A stretch of DNA of 64,000 bases, taken from assembly GCF_035084215.1 (NCBI RefSeq), contig NW_027139247.1, positions 372,001 through 436,000 of the forward strand, given 5' to 3'. Numbering within the stretch: the first letter of the stretch is position 1; each line of letters begins with the position of its first letter. The translations under genes were made by a program, and so were the position numbers. The notes beneath the pieces are model-generated. The model worked only from the letters and a program-made list of their open reading frames with translations. It ran no database searches and was not told where the DNA came from. Origin of the DNA: Heptranchias perlo (Eukaryota). This document shows, piece by piece, positions 12,301-26,949 of this stretch.

Positions 12301-15300
12301 CCCGGTGTAAACACAAGGGACAGTCAGTGTAACCCAGACTAAACACAAGGGACAGTCAGTGTAACCCGGTGTAAACACAAGGGACAGTCAGTGTAACCCG
12401 GTGTAAACACAAGGGCAGTCAGTGTAACCCGGTGTAAACACAAGGGACAGTCAGTGTAACCCAGACTAAACACAAGGGGCAGTCAGTGTAACCCGGTGGA
12501 AACACAAGGGACAGTCAGTGTAACCCAGACTAAACACAAGGGGCAGTCAGTGTAACCCGGTGTAAACACAAGGGACAGTCAGTGTAACCCGGTGTAAACA
12601 CAAGGGCAGTCAGTGTAACCCAGACTAAACACAAGGGCAGTCAGTGTAACCCGGTGTAAACACAAGGGACAGTCAGTGTAACCCGGAGTAAACACAAAGG
12701 ACAGTCAGTGTAACCCGGTGTAAACACAAGGGCAGTCAGTGTAACCCGGTGTAAACACAAGGGACAGTCAGTGTAACCCAGTGTAAACACAAGGGCAGTC
12801 AGTGTAACCCGGAGTAAACACAAGGGACAGTCAGTGTAACCCAGTGTAAACACAAGGGACAGTCAGTGTAACCCGGTGTAAACACAAGGGACAGTCAGTG
12901 TAACCCGGAGTAAACACAAGGGCAGTCAGTGTAACCCAGTGTAAACACAAGGGACAGTCAGTGTAACCCGGTGTAAACACAAGGGACAGTCAGTGTAACC
13001 CGGAGTAAACACAAGGGCAGTCAGTGTAACCCGGTGTAAACACAAGGGACAGTCAGTGTAACCCGGAGTAAACACAAGGGACAGTCAGTGTAACCCGGAG
13101 TAAACACAAGGGACAGTCAGTGTAACTCAGTGTAAACACAAGGACAGTCAGTGTAACCCGGTGGAAACACAAGGGACAGTCAGTGTAACCCGGTGTAAAC
13201 ACAAGGGACAGTCAGTGTAACCCGGTGTAAACACAAGGGACAGTCAGTGTAACCCAGACTAAACACAAGGGACAGTCAGTGTAACCCGGAGTAAACACAA
13301 GGGACAGTCAGTGTAACCCAGTGTAAACACAAGGGACAGTCAGTGTAACTCAGTGTAAACACAAGGGACAGTCAGTGTAACCCGGAGTAAACACAAGGGC
13401 AGTCAGTGTAACCCAGTGTAAACACAAGGGACAGTCAATGTAACCCGGAGTAAACACAAGGGCAGTCAGTGTAACCCAGTGTAAACACAAGGGACAGTCA
13501 GTGTAACCCGGAGTAAACACAAGGACAGTCAGTGTAACCCAGTGTAAACACAAGGGACAGTCAGTGTAACCCGGTGTAAACACAAGGGCAGTCAGTGTAA
13601 CCCAGTGTAAACACAAGGGACAGTCAGTGTAACCCAGTGTAAACACAAGGGACAGTCAGTGTAACCCAGTGTAAACACAAGGACAGTCAGTGTAACCCGG
13701 AGTAAACACAAGGGCAGTCAGTGTAACTCGGAGTAAACACAAGGGCAGTCAGTGTAACCCAGTGTAAACACAAGGGCAGTCAGTGTAACCCAGTGTAAAC
13801 ACAAGGACAGTCAGTGTAACCCGGAGTAAACACAAGGGCAGTCAGTGTAACCCAGTGTAAACACAAGGGACAGTCAGTGTAACCCGGTGTAAACACAAGA
13901 GACAGTCAGTGTAACCCGGAGTAAACACAAGGGACAGTCAGTGTAACCCGGAGTAAACACAAGGACAGTCAGTGTAACCCAGTGTAAACACAAGGGCAGT
14001 CAGTGTAACCCAGTGTAAACACAAGGGACAGTCAGTGTAACCCAGTGTAAACACAAGGGACAGTCAGTGTAACCCGGAGTAAACACAAGGACAGTCAGTG
14101 TAACCCAGTGTAAACACAAGGGCAGTCAGTGTAACCCGGAGTAAACACAAGGGCAGTCAGTGTAACCCGGAGTAAACACAAGGACAGTCAGTGTAACTCA
14201 GTGTAAACACAAGGGACAGTCAGTGTAACCCGGTGTAAACACAAGGGCAGTCAGTGTAACCCGGAGTAAACACAAGGGCAGTCAGTGTAACTCAGTGTAA
14301 ACACAAGGGACAGTCAGTGTAACCCGGAGTAAACACAAGGGCAGTCAGTGTAACCCGGTGTAAACACAAGGGACAGTCAGTGTAACCCAGTGTAAACACA
14401 AGGGCAGTCAGTGTAACCCGGTGTAAACACAAGGGACAGTCAGTGTAACCCGGTGTAAACACAAGGGACAGTCAGTGTAACCCAGTGTAAACACAAGGGA
14501 CAGTCAGTGTAACCCGGTGTAAACACAAGGACAGTCAGTGTAACCCAGTGTAAACACAAGGGACAGTCAGTGTAACCCGGAGTAAACACAAGGGCAGTCA
14601 GTGTAACCCGGTGTAAACACAAGGGACAGTCAGTGTAACCCAGTGTAAACACAAGGGACAGTCAGTGTAACCCGGTGTAAACACAAGGGACAGTCAGTGT
14701 AACCCAGTGTAAACACAAGGGACAGTCAGTGTAACCCGGAGTAAACACAAGGGCAGTCAGTGTAACTCAGTGTAAACACAAGGGACAGTCAGTGTAACCC
14801 AGTGTAAACACAAGGGCAGTCAGTGTAACCCGGTGTAAACACAAGGGACAGTCAGTGTAACCCGGTGTAAACACAAGGGACAGTCAGTGTAACCCAGTGT
14901 AAACACAAGGGACAGTCAGTGTAACCCGGTGTAAACACAAGGGACAGTCAGTGTAACCCGGAGTAAACACAAGGGACAGTCAGTGTAACCCGGTGTAAAC
15001 ACAAGGGCAGTCAGTGTAACCCAGTGTAAACACAAGGGACAGTCAGTGTAACCCGGAGTAAACACAAGGGACAGTCAGTGTAACTCAGTGTAAACACAAG
15101 GGACAGTCAGTGTAACCCGGAGTAAACACAAGGGACAGTCAGTGTAACTCAGTGTAAACACAAGGGACAGTCAGTGTAACCCGGAGTAAACACAAGGGAC
15201 AGTCAGTGTAACCCGGAGTAAACACAAGGGACAGTCAGTGTAACCCGGAGTAAACACAAGGGGCAGTCAGTGTAACCCGGTGTAAACACAAGGGACAGTC

Positions 15301-18300
15301 AGTGTAACCCGGTGTAAACACAAGGGACAGTCAGTGTAACTCAGTGTAAACACAAGGACAGTCAGTGTAACCCGGTGTAAACACAAGGGCAGTCAGTGTA
15401 ACCCAGTGTAAACACAAGGGACAGTCAGTGTAACCCAGTGTAAACACAAGGGACAGTCAGTGTAACCCGGAGTAAACACAAGGGCAGTCAGTGTAACCCA
15501 GTGTAAACACAAGGGACAGTCAGTGTAACCCGGTGTAAACACAAGGGACAGTCAGTGTAACCCGGAGTAAACACAAGGGCAGTCAGTATAACCCAGTGTA
15601 AACACAAGGGACAGTCAGTGTAACCCAGTGTAAACACAAGGGACAGTCAGTGTAACCCAGTGTAAACACAAGGGACAGTCAGTGTAACCCAGTGTAAACA
15701 CAAGGGACAGTCAGTGTAACCCGGTGTAAACACAAGGACAGTCAGTGTAACCCGGTGTAAACACAAGGGCAGTCAGTGTAACCCAGTGTAAACACAAGGG
15801 ACAGTCAGTGTAACCCGGTGTAAACACAAGGACAGTCAGTGTAACCCGGTGTAAACACAAGGGCAGTCAGTGTAACCCAGTGTAAACACAAGGGACAGTC
15901 AGTGTAACCCAGTGTAAACACAAGGGACAGTCAGTGTAACCCGGAGTAAACACAAGGGACAGTCAGTGTAACCCGGTGTAAACACAAGGGACAGTCAGTG
16001 TAACTCAGTGTAAACACAAGGGACAGTCAGTGTAACCCAGTGTAAACACAAGGGCAGTCAGTGTAACCCGGTGTAAACACAAGGGACAGTCAGTGTAACT
16101 CAGTGTAAACACAAGGGACAGTCAGTGTAACCCGGTGTAAACACAAGGGACAGTCAGTGTAACTCAGTGTAAACACAAGGGACAGTCAGTGTAACCCGGT
16201 GTAAACACAAGGGACAGTCAGTGTAACCCAGTGTAAACACAAGGGACAGTCAGTGTAACCCGGAGTAAACACAAGGGACAGTCAGTGTAACCCGGTGTAA
16301 ACACAAGGGACAGTCAGTGTAACTCAGTGTAAACACAAGGGACAGTCAGTGTAACCCGGAGTAAACACAAGGGACAGTCAGTGTAACCCGGTGTAAACAC
16401 AAGGGACAGTCAGTGTAACTCAGTGTAAACACAAGGGACAGTCAGTGTAACCCGGAGTAAACACAAGGGCAGTCAGTGTAACCCGGTGTAAACACAAGGG
16501 ACAGTCAGTGTAACTCAGTGTAAACACAAGGGACAGTCAGTGTAACCCGGTGTAAACACAAGGGACAGTCAGTGTAACTCAGTGTAAACACAAGGGACAG
16601 TCAGTGTAACCCGGTGCAAACACAAGGGACAGTCAGTGTAACCCGGTGTAAACACAAGGGACAATCAGTGTAACCCAGTGTAAACACAAGGGACAGTCAG
16701 TGTAACCCGGTGTAAACACAAGGACAGTCAGTGTAACCCGGAGTAAACACAAGGGACAGTCAGTGTAACCCAGTGTAAACACAAGGGACAGTCAGTGTAA
16801 CCCGGTGTAAACACAAGGTCAGTCAGTGTAACTCAGTGTAAACACAAGGGACAGTCAGTGTAACCCGGAGTAAACACAAGGGACAGTCAGTGTAACCCAG
16901 TGTAAACACAAGGGACAGTCAGTGTAACCCGGTGTAAACACAAGGGCAGTCAGTGTAACCCGGTGTAAACACAAGGGGCAGTCAGTGTAACCCGGAGTAA
17001 ACACAAGGGACAGTCAGTGTAACCCGGAGTAAACACAAGGGACAGTCAGTGTAACCCGGAGTAAACACAAGGGACAGTCAGTGTAACCCGGAGTAAACAC
17101 AAGGGACAGTCAGTGTAACCCGGAGTAAACACAAGGGACAGTCAGTGTAACCCGGAGTAAACACAAGGGACAGTCAGTGTAACCCAGTGTAAACACAAGG
17201 GCAGTCAGTGTAACCCAGTGTAAACACAAGGGACAGTCAGTGTAACCCAGTGTAAACACAAGGGACAGTCAGTGTAACCCGGAGTAAACACAAGGGACAG
17301 TCAGTGTAACTCAGTGTAAACACAAGGGACAGTCAGTGTAACTCAGTGTAAACACAAGGGACAGTCAGTGTAACCCAGAGTAAACACAAGGGACAGTGAG
17401 TGTAACCCAGAGTAAACACAAGGGACAGTCAGTGTAACCCGGAGTAAACACAAGGGACAGTCAGTGTAACCCAGTGTAAACACAAGGACAGTCAGTGTAA
17501 CCCGGTGTAAACACAAGAGACAGTCAGTGTAACCCGGTGTAAACACAAGGGGCAGTCAGTGTAACTCAGTGTAAACACAAGGGACAGTCAGTGTAACCCA
17601 GTGTAAACACAAGGGACAGTCAGTGTAACTCAGTGTAAACACAAGGGACAGTCAGTGTAACCCGGAGTAAACACAAGGGACAGTCAGTGTAACCCGGAGT
17701 AAACACAAGGGACAGTCAGTGTAACCCAGTGTAAACACAAGGGACAGTCAGTGTAACCCGGAGTAAACACAAGGGACAGTCAGTGTAACCCAGTGTAAAC
17801 ACAAGGGCAGTCAGTGTAACCCGGTGTAAACACAAGGACAGTCAGTGTAACTCAGTGTAAACACAAGGGCAGTCAGTGTAACCCGGAGTAAACACAAGGG
17901 ACAGTCAGTGTAACCCGGAGTAAACACAAGAGACAGTCAGTGTAACCCGGTGTAAACACAAGGGCAGTCAGTGTAACCCGGAGTAAACACAAGGGCAGTC
18001 AGTGTAACCCGGTGTAAACACAAGGGGCAGTCAGTGTAACCCGGTGTAAACACAAGGGGCAGTCAGTGTAACCCAGTGTAAACACAAGGGACAGTCAGTG
18101 TAACCCGGAGTAAACACAAGGGCAGTCAGTGTAACTCAGTGTAAACACAAGGGACAGTCAGTGTAACTCAGTGTAAACACAAGGGACAGTCAGTGTAACC
18201 CGGTGTAAACACAAGGGACAGTCAGTGTAACCCAGTGTAAACACAAGGGACAGTCAGTGTAACCCAGAGTAAACACAAGGGCAGTCAGTGTAACTCAGTG

Positions 18301-20485
18301 TAAACACAAGGGACAGTCAGTGTAACCCGGTGTAAACACAAGGGACAGTCAGTGTAACCCAGTGTAAACACAAGGGACAGTCACTGTAACCCAGAGTAAA
18401 CACAAGGGACAGTCAGTGTAACCCAGTGTAAACACAAGGGACAGTCAGTGTAACCCAGAGTAAACACAAGGGGCAGTCAGTGTAACCCGGTGTAAACACA
18501 AGGGACAGTCAGTGTAACCCGGAGTAAACACAAGGGACAGTCAGTGTAACTCAGTGTAAACACAAGGGACAGTCAGTGTAACTCAGTGTAAACACAAGGG
18601 ACAGTCAGTGTAACCCGGTGTAAACACAAGGGACAGTCAGTGTAACCCGGACTAAACACAAGGGACAGTCAGTGTAATCCGGACTAAACACAAGGGACAG
18701 TCAGTGTAACCCGGAGTAAACACAAGGGACAGTCAGTGTAACTCAGTGTAAACACACGGGACAATCAGTGTAACCCAGACTAAACATAAGGGCAGTCAGC
18801 GTTACCCGGATAAAACAAAAGGGCAATTCGTGTAACCTGGACTAAAAAAATGGGATAGTCCGCGTAAGATGGACAAAGCACAAGAGAAGCTAGGGTAACC
18901 CGGAATAAACACAGGGGCAATTAGTGTAGCCTGGAATAAACACAAGAGCAGTTAGTGTAACCTGGACTAAACAAGGGGCAATTAGTGTAATCTGGACTAA
19001 ACACAAGGGCAGTCAGCGTAATCCGGACTAAACACAAGGATAATTGGTGTAAACTGGACTAAACATAAGAGCAGTTAGTGTAAACCGGACTAAAGACAAG
19101 GGCAGTCAGTGTAACCCAGACTAAAGACAAGGGCAGTCAGTGTCACCCAGACTAAAGACAAGAGCAGTCAGTGTAACCCGGACTAAAGACAAGAGCAGTC
19201 AGTGGAACCCAGACTAAAGACAAGGGCAGTCAGTGTAACTCGGACTAAAGACAAGGGCAGTCAGTGTAACCCAGACTAAAGACAAGGGCAGTCAGTGTAA
19301 CCCGGACTAAAGACAAGGGCAGTTAGTGTAACCCGGACTAAAGACAAGGGCAGTCAGTGTAACCCGGACTAAAGACAAGGGCAGTCAGTGTAACCCAGAC
19401 TAAAGACAAGGGCAGTCAGTGTAACCCGGACTAAAGACAAGGGCAGTCAGTGTAACTCGGACTAAAGACAAGGGCAGTCAGTGTAACCCGGACTAAAGAC
19501 AAGGGCAGTCAGTGTAACTCGGACTAAAGACAAGAGCAGTCAGTGTAACCCAGACTAAAGACAAGGGCAGTCACTGCAACCCAGACTAAAGACAAGGGCA
19601 GTTACTGTAACCCGGACTAAAGACAAGAGCAGTTAGTGTAACCCGGACTAAAGACAAGGGCAGTCAGTGTAACCCGGACTAAAGACAAGGGCAGTTAGTG
19701 TAACCCGGACTAAAGACAAGGGCAGTTCGTGTAACCCGGACTAAAGACAAGGGCAGTCAGTGTAACCCGGACTAAAGACAAGGGCAGTCAGTGTAACCCG
19801 GACTAAAGACAAGGGCAGTTAGTGTAACCCGGACTAAAGACAAGGGCAGTTAGTGTAACCCGGACTAAAGACAAGGGCAGTCAGTGTAACCCGGACTAAA
19901 GACAAGGGCAGTTAGTGTAACCCAGACTAAAGACAAGGGCAGTCAGTGTAACCCAGACTAAAGACAAGGGCAGTCAGTGTAACCCAGACTGAAGACAAGG
20001 GCAGTCAGTGTAACCCAGACTAAAGACAAGGGCAGTCAGTGTAGCCCAGACTAAAGACAAGGGCAGTCAGTGTAGCCCAGACTAAAGACAAGGGCAGTCA
20101 CTGTAACCCAGACTAAAGACAAGGGCAGTCACTGTAACCCAGACTAAAGACAAGGGCAGTCACTGTAACCCAGACTAAAGACAAGGGCAGTCACTGTAAC
20201 CCAGACTAAAGACAAGGGCAGTCACTGTAACCCAGACTAAAGACAAGAGCAGTCACCGTAACTCGGACTAAAGACAAGGGCAGTCAGTGTAACTCAGACT
20301 AAAGACAAGAGCAGTCAGTGTAACTCGGACTAAAGACAAGGGCAGTCACCGTAACTCGGACTAAAGACAAGGGCAGTCACTGTAACCCAGACTGAAGACA
20401 AGGGCAGTCACTGTAACCCAGACTAAAGACAAGGGCAGTCACTGTAACCCAGACTAAAGACAAGGGCAGTCAGTGTAACCCGGAC
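9390..20485 (+). repeat. 31-32 bp minisatellite, array 1 (~350 units; consensus gggacagtcagtgtaacccggtgtaaacacaa)
   Basis: Direct tandem units with sub-domains: ...ggactaaacac (9.4-10.1 kb), ...gtgtaaacac/gagtaaacac (10.4-18.7 kb), ...gactaaagac (19.1-20.5 kb). Unit count estimated from length. Confidence 0.98.
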
Positions 20486-20486
20486 T

Positions 20487-21871
20487 GTCAGTTTAACCTC
20501 AGTGGTGGGGAAACTTTTAGAAACGACAATCCGGGACAGAATTAGCAGTCACTTGGACGAGTGTGGATTGATTAGGGAAAGCCAACACGGATTTGTTAAA
20601 GGCAAATCATGTTTAACCAACTTGACAGAGTTTTTTGATGAGGTAAAAGAGAGGGTAGATGAGGGCAATACAGTTGATGAGATGTATATTGATTTTCAAA
20701 AAGCGTTTGATAAAGTGCCGCACAGTAGGCTTACTATTAAGATTGCGGCCCATGGAATAAAGGGGGCAATAGCTACATGGATACAGAATTGGCTAAATGA
20801 CAGGAAACAGAGAGTAGTGGTGAACGGTTGTTTTTTGGACTGGAGGGAGGTGCACAGTGGTGTTCCCCAGAGGTCGGTGCTGGGACCACTGCTTTTCTTG
20901 ATATATATTAATGACTTGGACTTGGGAGTACAGGGCACAATTTCAAAATCTGTGGATGACACAAAACTTGGAAGGGTAGTGAACAGTGAGGAGGATAGTG
21001 ATAGACTTCAAAAGGATATAGACAGGCTGGTGGCATGGGCGGACACGTGGCAGATGAAGTTTAATGTGGAAAAATGCAAGGTGATGCATTTCGGTAGGAA
21101 AAATGAGGAGAGGCAATATAAACTAGAGGGCACAATTCTAAAAGGGGTGGGGGAACAATGGGATTTGGGGGTGTATGTGAATAAATCATTGAAGGTGGCA
21201 GGGCAGGTTGAGAAAGTGGTTAAAAAAGCATATGGGGTCTGGGACTTTATAAATAGAGGCATAGAGTACAAAAGCAAGGAAATCGTGATGAAACTTTATA
21301 AAATTACTGGTTTCGACACAACTGGAGTTTTGTGTCCAGTTCTGGGCACCACACTTTAGGAAGGATGTGAAGGCTTTTAAGAGGGCGCAGAGGAGATTTA
21401 CTAGAATGATCCAGGGATGAGGGACTTAAATTACGTGGATCGACTGAAGAAGCTGGGTTTGTTCTCCTTGGAACTGAGAAGTATGAGGAGATTTGATCGA
21501 GGTGTTTAAAAGCATGAAGGGTCTAGACAGAGTAAATAGAGAGTATCTGTTCCCATTGACGGAAGGGTCAAGAACCAGAGGACACAGATTGAAGGTGATT
21601 GGCAAAAGAACCAAAGGTGACATGAGGAAAAACTTTTTTTTACACAGTGAGTGGTTAGGATCTGGAATGCACTGCCCGAGGGGGTGGTGGAGGCAGATTC
21701 AATCATGGCCTTCAAAAGGGAACTGGATAAATACTTGAAATGAAATAATGTGCAGGGCTACGGGGATAGGGCGGGGGAGTGGGACTAGCTGGAGTGCTCA
21801 TGCGTAGAGATGGCTCAGGGACGATGGGCCGAATGGCCACCTTCCATGCTGTAACCTTGTATGATTCTATG
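20487..21871 (+). mobile_element. 5'-truncated CR1 LINE inserted in the minisatellite
   Basis: ORF 20502..21359 is an RT domain; tail atgattctatga; same subfamily as 54613-56490. Confidence 0.96.
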
Positions 21872-24800
21872 AACACAGGGTAGTTATTGTAACTGGGTCT
21901 AAATATGCGGGCAATTAGTGTAACCTAAACTAAACACAACGGCAGTCATTAAAACCCGAATAAACAAAAGGGCAGTTAGGGTAACCTGGACTAAACACAG
22001 GGGCAGTTAGGGTAACCTGGACTAAACACAGGCGCAGTTAGGGCAACCTGATCTAAACACAGGGGCAGTTAGGGTAACCTGGACTAAACACAAGGGCAGA
22101 TAGTGTAACCTGGACTAAACACAAGGGCAGTTAGGGTAACCTGGACTAAACACAGGGGCAGTTAGGGTAACCTGGACGAAACACAGGGGCAGTTAGGGTA
22201 ACCTGGACTAAACACAGGGGCAGAGAGGGTAACCTGGACTAAACACAAGGGCAGATAGGGTAACCTGGACTAAACACAGGGGCAGATAGGGTAACCTGGA
22301 CTAAACACAGGGGCAGATAGGGTAACCTGGACTAAACACAAGGGCAGTTAGGGTAACCTGGACTAAACACAAGGACAGTCAGTGTATCCCAGACTATTCA
22401 AAACCGCAGTTATTGTAATACGGACTAAACACAAGAGCAATTAGTGTAATCTGGACCGAACAAGAGGATAGTTAATGTAACTCAGACTAAACAAGGGGGG
22501 AAGTTAATGTAATCCGGACGAAACACAAGGGCTGTGATTGTAACCCGGACTAAACACAGGGGCAGTGAGAGTAACCTGGACGAAACACAGGGGCAGTTAG
22601 GGGAACCTGGACTAAACACAAGGGCAGTTAGGGTAACCTGGACTAAACACAGGGGCAGTTAGGGGAACCTGGACTAACCACAGGATCAGTTAGGGGAACC
22701 TGCACTAAACACAAGGGCAGTGAGGGTAACCTGGACTAAACACAAGGGCAGATAGGGGAACCTGGATGAAACAAAGGGACAGTTATGGTAACCTGGACTA
22801 AACACAGGGGCAGTTAATGTAACCTGGACTAAACACAGGGACAGTTATGGTAACCTGGACTAAACACAGGCACAGTTATGGTAACCTGGACTAAACACAG
22901 GGGCAGTTATGGTAACCTGGACTAAACACAGGGGCAGTTATGGTAATCTGGACTAAACACAGGGGCAGTTAGAGTAACCCGGAGTAAACACTGGGGCAGT
23001 TAGAGTAACCCGGACTAAACACAGGGGCAGTTAGAGTAACCTGGACTAAACACAGGGGCAGTTATGGTAACCTGGACTAAACACAGGGGCAGATAGAGTA
23101 ACCTGGACTAAACACAGGGGCAGTTAGAGTAACCCAGACTAAACACAGGGGCAGTTAGGGTAACCTGGACTAAACACAAGGACAGTCAGTGTATCCCAGA
23201 CTATTCAAAACCGCAGTAATTGTAATACGGACTAAACACAAGAGCAATTAGTGTAATCTGGACCGAACAAGAGGATAGTTAATGTAACTCAGACGAAACA
23301 AGGGGGGAAGTTAGAGTCACCCGGACTAAACACAAGGGCAGTTAGAGTAACCCAGACTAAACATAGGGTTAGTTAGGGGAACCTGGACTAAACACAAGGG
23401 CAGTTAGAGTAACCTGGACTAAACACAGGGGCAGTTAGAGTAACCCGGAGTAAACACAGGGGCAGATAGAGTAACCTGGACTAAACACAGGGGCAGTTAG
23501 AGTAACCTGGACGAAACACAGGGGCAGTGAGAGTAACCCGGAGTAAACACAAGGGGCAGTTAGAGTAACCAAGACTAAACACAGGGGCAGTTAGAGTAAC
23601 CCGGATTAAACACAGGGGCAGATAGAGTAACCCGGATTAAACACAGGGGCAGCTAGAGTAACCCGGACTAAACACAAGGGCAGTTAGAGGAACACGGACG
23701 AAACACAGGGTCAGTTAGAGTAACCTGGACTAAACACAAGGGCAGTGAGAGTAACCTGGACGAAACACAGGGGCAGTTAGAGTAACCTGGACTAAACACA
23801 GGGGCAGTGAGAGTAACCTGGAGTAAACACAAGGGGCAGTTAGAGGAACCAGGACTAAACACAGGGGCAGTTAGAGTAACCCGGAGTAAACACAGGGGCA
23901 GTTAGAGTAACCTGGACTGAACACAGGGGCAGTTAGTGTAACCTGGACTAAACACAGGGGCAGTTAGAGTAACCTGGACTAAACACAGGGGCAGTTAGTG
24001 TAACCTGGACTAAACGCAGGGGCAGTTAGTGTAACCTGGACTAAACACAGGGGCAGTTAGAGTAACCCGGACTAAACACAGGGGCAGTTAGAGTAACCCG
24101 GACTAAACACAGGGGCAGATAGAGTAACCCGGACTAAACACAGGGGCAGTTAGAGTAACCCGGACTGAACACAGGGGCAGTTAGAGTAACCTGGACTAAA
24201 CACAGGGGCTGTTAGAGTAACCTGCACTAAACACAGGGGCAGTTAGAGTAACCCGGACTAAACACAGGGTCAGTTAGAGTAACCCGGAGTAAACATAGGG
24301 GCAGTTCGAGTAACCCGGACTAAACACAGGGGCAGTTAGAGTAACCCGGAGTAAACACAGGGGCAGTTAGAGTAACCCGGAGTAAACACAGGGGCAGTTA
24401 GAGTAACCCGGAGTAAACACAGGGGCAGTTCGAGTAACCCGGACTAAACACAGGGGCAGTTAGAGAAACCCGGAGTAAACACAGGGGCAGTTAGAGTAAC
24501 CTGGACTAAACACAGGGGCAGTTAGAGTAACCCGGAGTAAACACAGGGGCAGTTAGAGTAACCCGGACTAAACACAGGGGCAGTTAGTGTAACCCGGACT
24601 AAACACAGGGGCAGTTAGGGTAACCCGGACTAAACACAGGGGCAGTTATGGTAAACAGGACTAAACACAGGGGCAGTTAGTGTAACCTGGACGAAACACA
24701 GGGGCAGTTAGTGTAACCTGGACTAAACACAGGGGCAGTTAGTGTAACCTGGACTAAACACAGGGGCAGTTAGTGTAACCTGGACTAAACACAGGGGCAG

Positions 24801-26778
24801 TTAGTGTAATCTGGACTAAACACAGGGGCAGTTATGGTAACCTGGACTAAACACAGGGGCAGTAAGGGGAACCTGGACTAAACACAAGGACAGTCAGTGC
24901 ATCCCAGACTATTCAAAACCGCAGATATTATAATACGGACGAAACACAAGAGTAATTAGTGTAATCTGGACCGAACAAGAGGATAGTTAATGTAACTCAG
25001 ACTAAACAAGGGGGGAAGTTAGTGTAACCCGGACGAAACACAGGGGAAGTTTGAGTAACCTGGACTAAACACAGCGGCAGTTAGAGTAACCTCGACTAAA
25101 CACATGGGCAGTTAGAGCAACCTGGACGAAACACAGGGGCAGTGAGAGTAACCTGGACTAAACACAGGGGAGTTAGAGTAACCTGGACTAAACACAAGGG
25201 CAATTATGGTAACCTGGACTAAACACAGGGGCAGTTGGAGTAACCTGGACGAAACACAGGGCAGTTAGAGTAACCTGGACTAAACACAGGGCAGTTAGAG
25301 TAACCCGGACTAAACACAGGGCAGTTAGAGTAACCTGGACTAAACACAGGGCAGTTAGAGTAACCCGGACTAAACACAGGGGCAGTTAGAGTAACCTGGA
25401 CGAAACACAGGGGCAGTTGGAGTAACCTGGACGAAACACAGGGGCAGTTAGAGTAACCTGGACTAAACACAGGGGCAGTTAGAGTAACCTGGACTAAACA
25501 CAGGGGCAGTTAGAGTAACCTGGACTAAACACAGGGGCAGTTAGAGTAACCTGGACTAAACACAGGGGCAGTTAGAGTAACCTGGACTAAACACAGGGGC
25601 AGTTAGAGTAACCTGGACTAAACACAGGGGCAGTTAGGGTAACCTGGACTAAGCACAAGGGCAGTTAGGGTAACCTGGACTAAACACAGGGGCAGTTAGG
25701 GTAACCTGGACTAAACACAGGGGCAGTTAGAGTAACTTGGACTAAACACAGGGGCAGTTAGTGTAACCTGGACTAAACACAGGGACAGTTAGAGTAACCT
25801 GGACTAAACACAGGGGCAGTTAGAGTAACCCGGAGTAAACACAGGGGCAGTTATGGTAACTGGAACAAACACAGGGGCAGTTAGTGTAACCCGGACTAAA
25901 CACAGGGGCAGTTAGTGGAACCTGGACTAAACACAGGGGCAGTTAGTGGAACCTGGACTAAACACAGGGGCAGTTAGTGGAACCTGGACTAAACATAGGG
26001 GCAGTTAGTGTAACCTGGACTAAACACAGGGGCAGTTAGTGGAACCTGGACTAAACACAGGGGCAGTTAGTGTAACCTGGACTAAACACAGGGGCAGTTA
26101 GTGGAACCTGGACTAAACATAGGGGCAGTTAGTGTAACCTGGACTAAACACAGGGGCAGTTAGTGTAACCTGGACTAAACACAGGGGCAGTTAGTGGAAC
26201 CTGGACTAAACACAGGGGCAGTTAGTGGAACCTGGACTAAACACAGGGGCAGTTAGTGGAACCTGGACTAAACACAGGGGCAGTTAGTGTAACCTGGACT
26301 AAACACAGGGGCAGTTAGTGGAACCTGGACTAAACACAGGGGCAGTTAGGGTAACCTGGACTAAACACAGGGGCAGTTAGTGTAACCTGGACTAAACACA
26401 GGGGCAGTTCGGGAAACCTGGACTAAACACAGGGGCAGTTAGTGTAACCTGGACTAAACACAGGGGCAGTTAGGGTAACCTGGACTAAACACAGGGGCAG
26501 TTCGGGAAACCTGGACTAAACACAGGGGCAGTTAGGGTAACCTGGACTAAACATAGGGGCAGTTAGCGGAACCTGGACTAAACACAGGGGCAGTTAGGGT
26601 AACCTGGACTAAACATAGGGGCAGTTAGCGGAACCTGGACTAAACACAGGGGCAGTTAGGGTAACCTGGACTAAACACAGGGGCAGTTAGGGTAACCTGG
26701 ACTAAACACAGGGGCAGTTCGGGAAACCCGAACCAAACACGGGGACATTGAGTGTAACCTTGACTAAACACGGGGATA
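21872..26778 (+). repeat. 31-bp minisatellite, array 2 (~155 units; ggggcagttagagtaacctggactaaacaca)
   Basis: Variant of the array-1 unit; contains a degenerate cassette repeated three times. Confidence 0.97.
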
Positions 26779-26864
26779 ATTACAGGTCCAATAAATTCAT
26801 CACGATGGCGGTCATTTAGCTCAAATGTTGAATGAAACTGGACAAATAATGTCTTTGGACTTAC

Positions 26865-26916
26865 CAGAAGCCACTCCTTGAACAAAATAAAAGCTCAGTA
26901 AAACAAATAGGAACAT
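26865..26916 (-). CDS. Signal-peptide (leader) exon, copy 1, MFLFVLLSFYFVQGVAS+G; putative MHC class I-like / Ig-superfamily immune gene
   Basis: ATG TTC CTA TTT GTT TTA CTG AGC TTT TAT TTT GTT CAA GGA GTG GCT TCT G|gtaagtc: 17 mostly hydrophobic codons, V-A-S cleavage-like end, consensus phase-1 donor, paralog at 54128-54179. Family assignment is inference. Confidence 0.8.
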
Positions 26917-26949
26917 ATTTCACCGAGTCGCTCAGTTAAACCCCTGAAC

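Noticed and set aside
9390-26778. CRISPR-like array of ~31-bp repeats
   Set aside because: Head-to-tail units with no unique spacers, no cas genes, and a vertebrate context; it is a minisatellite.
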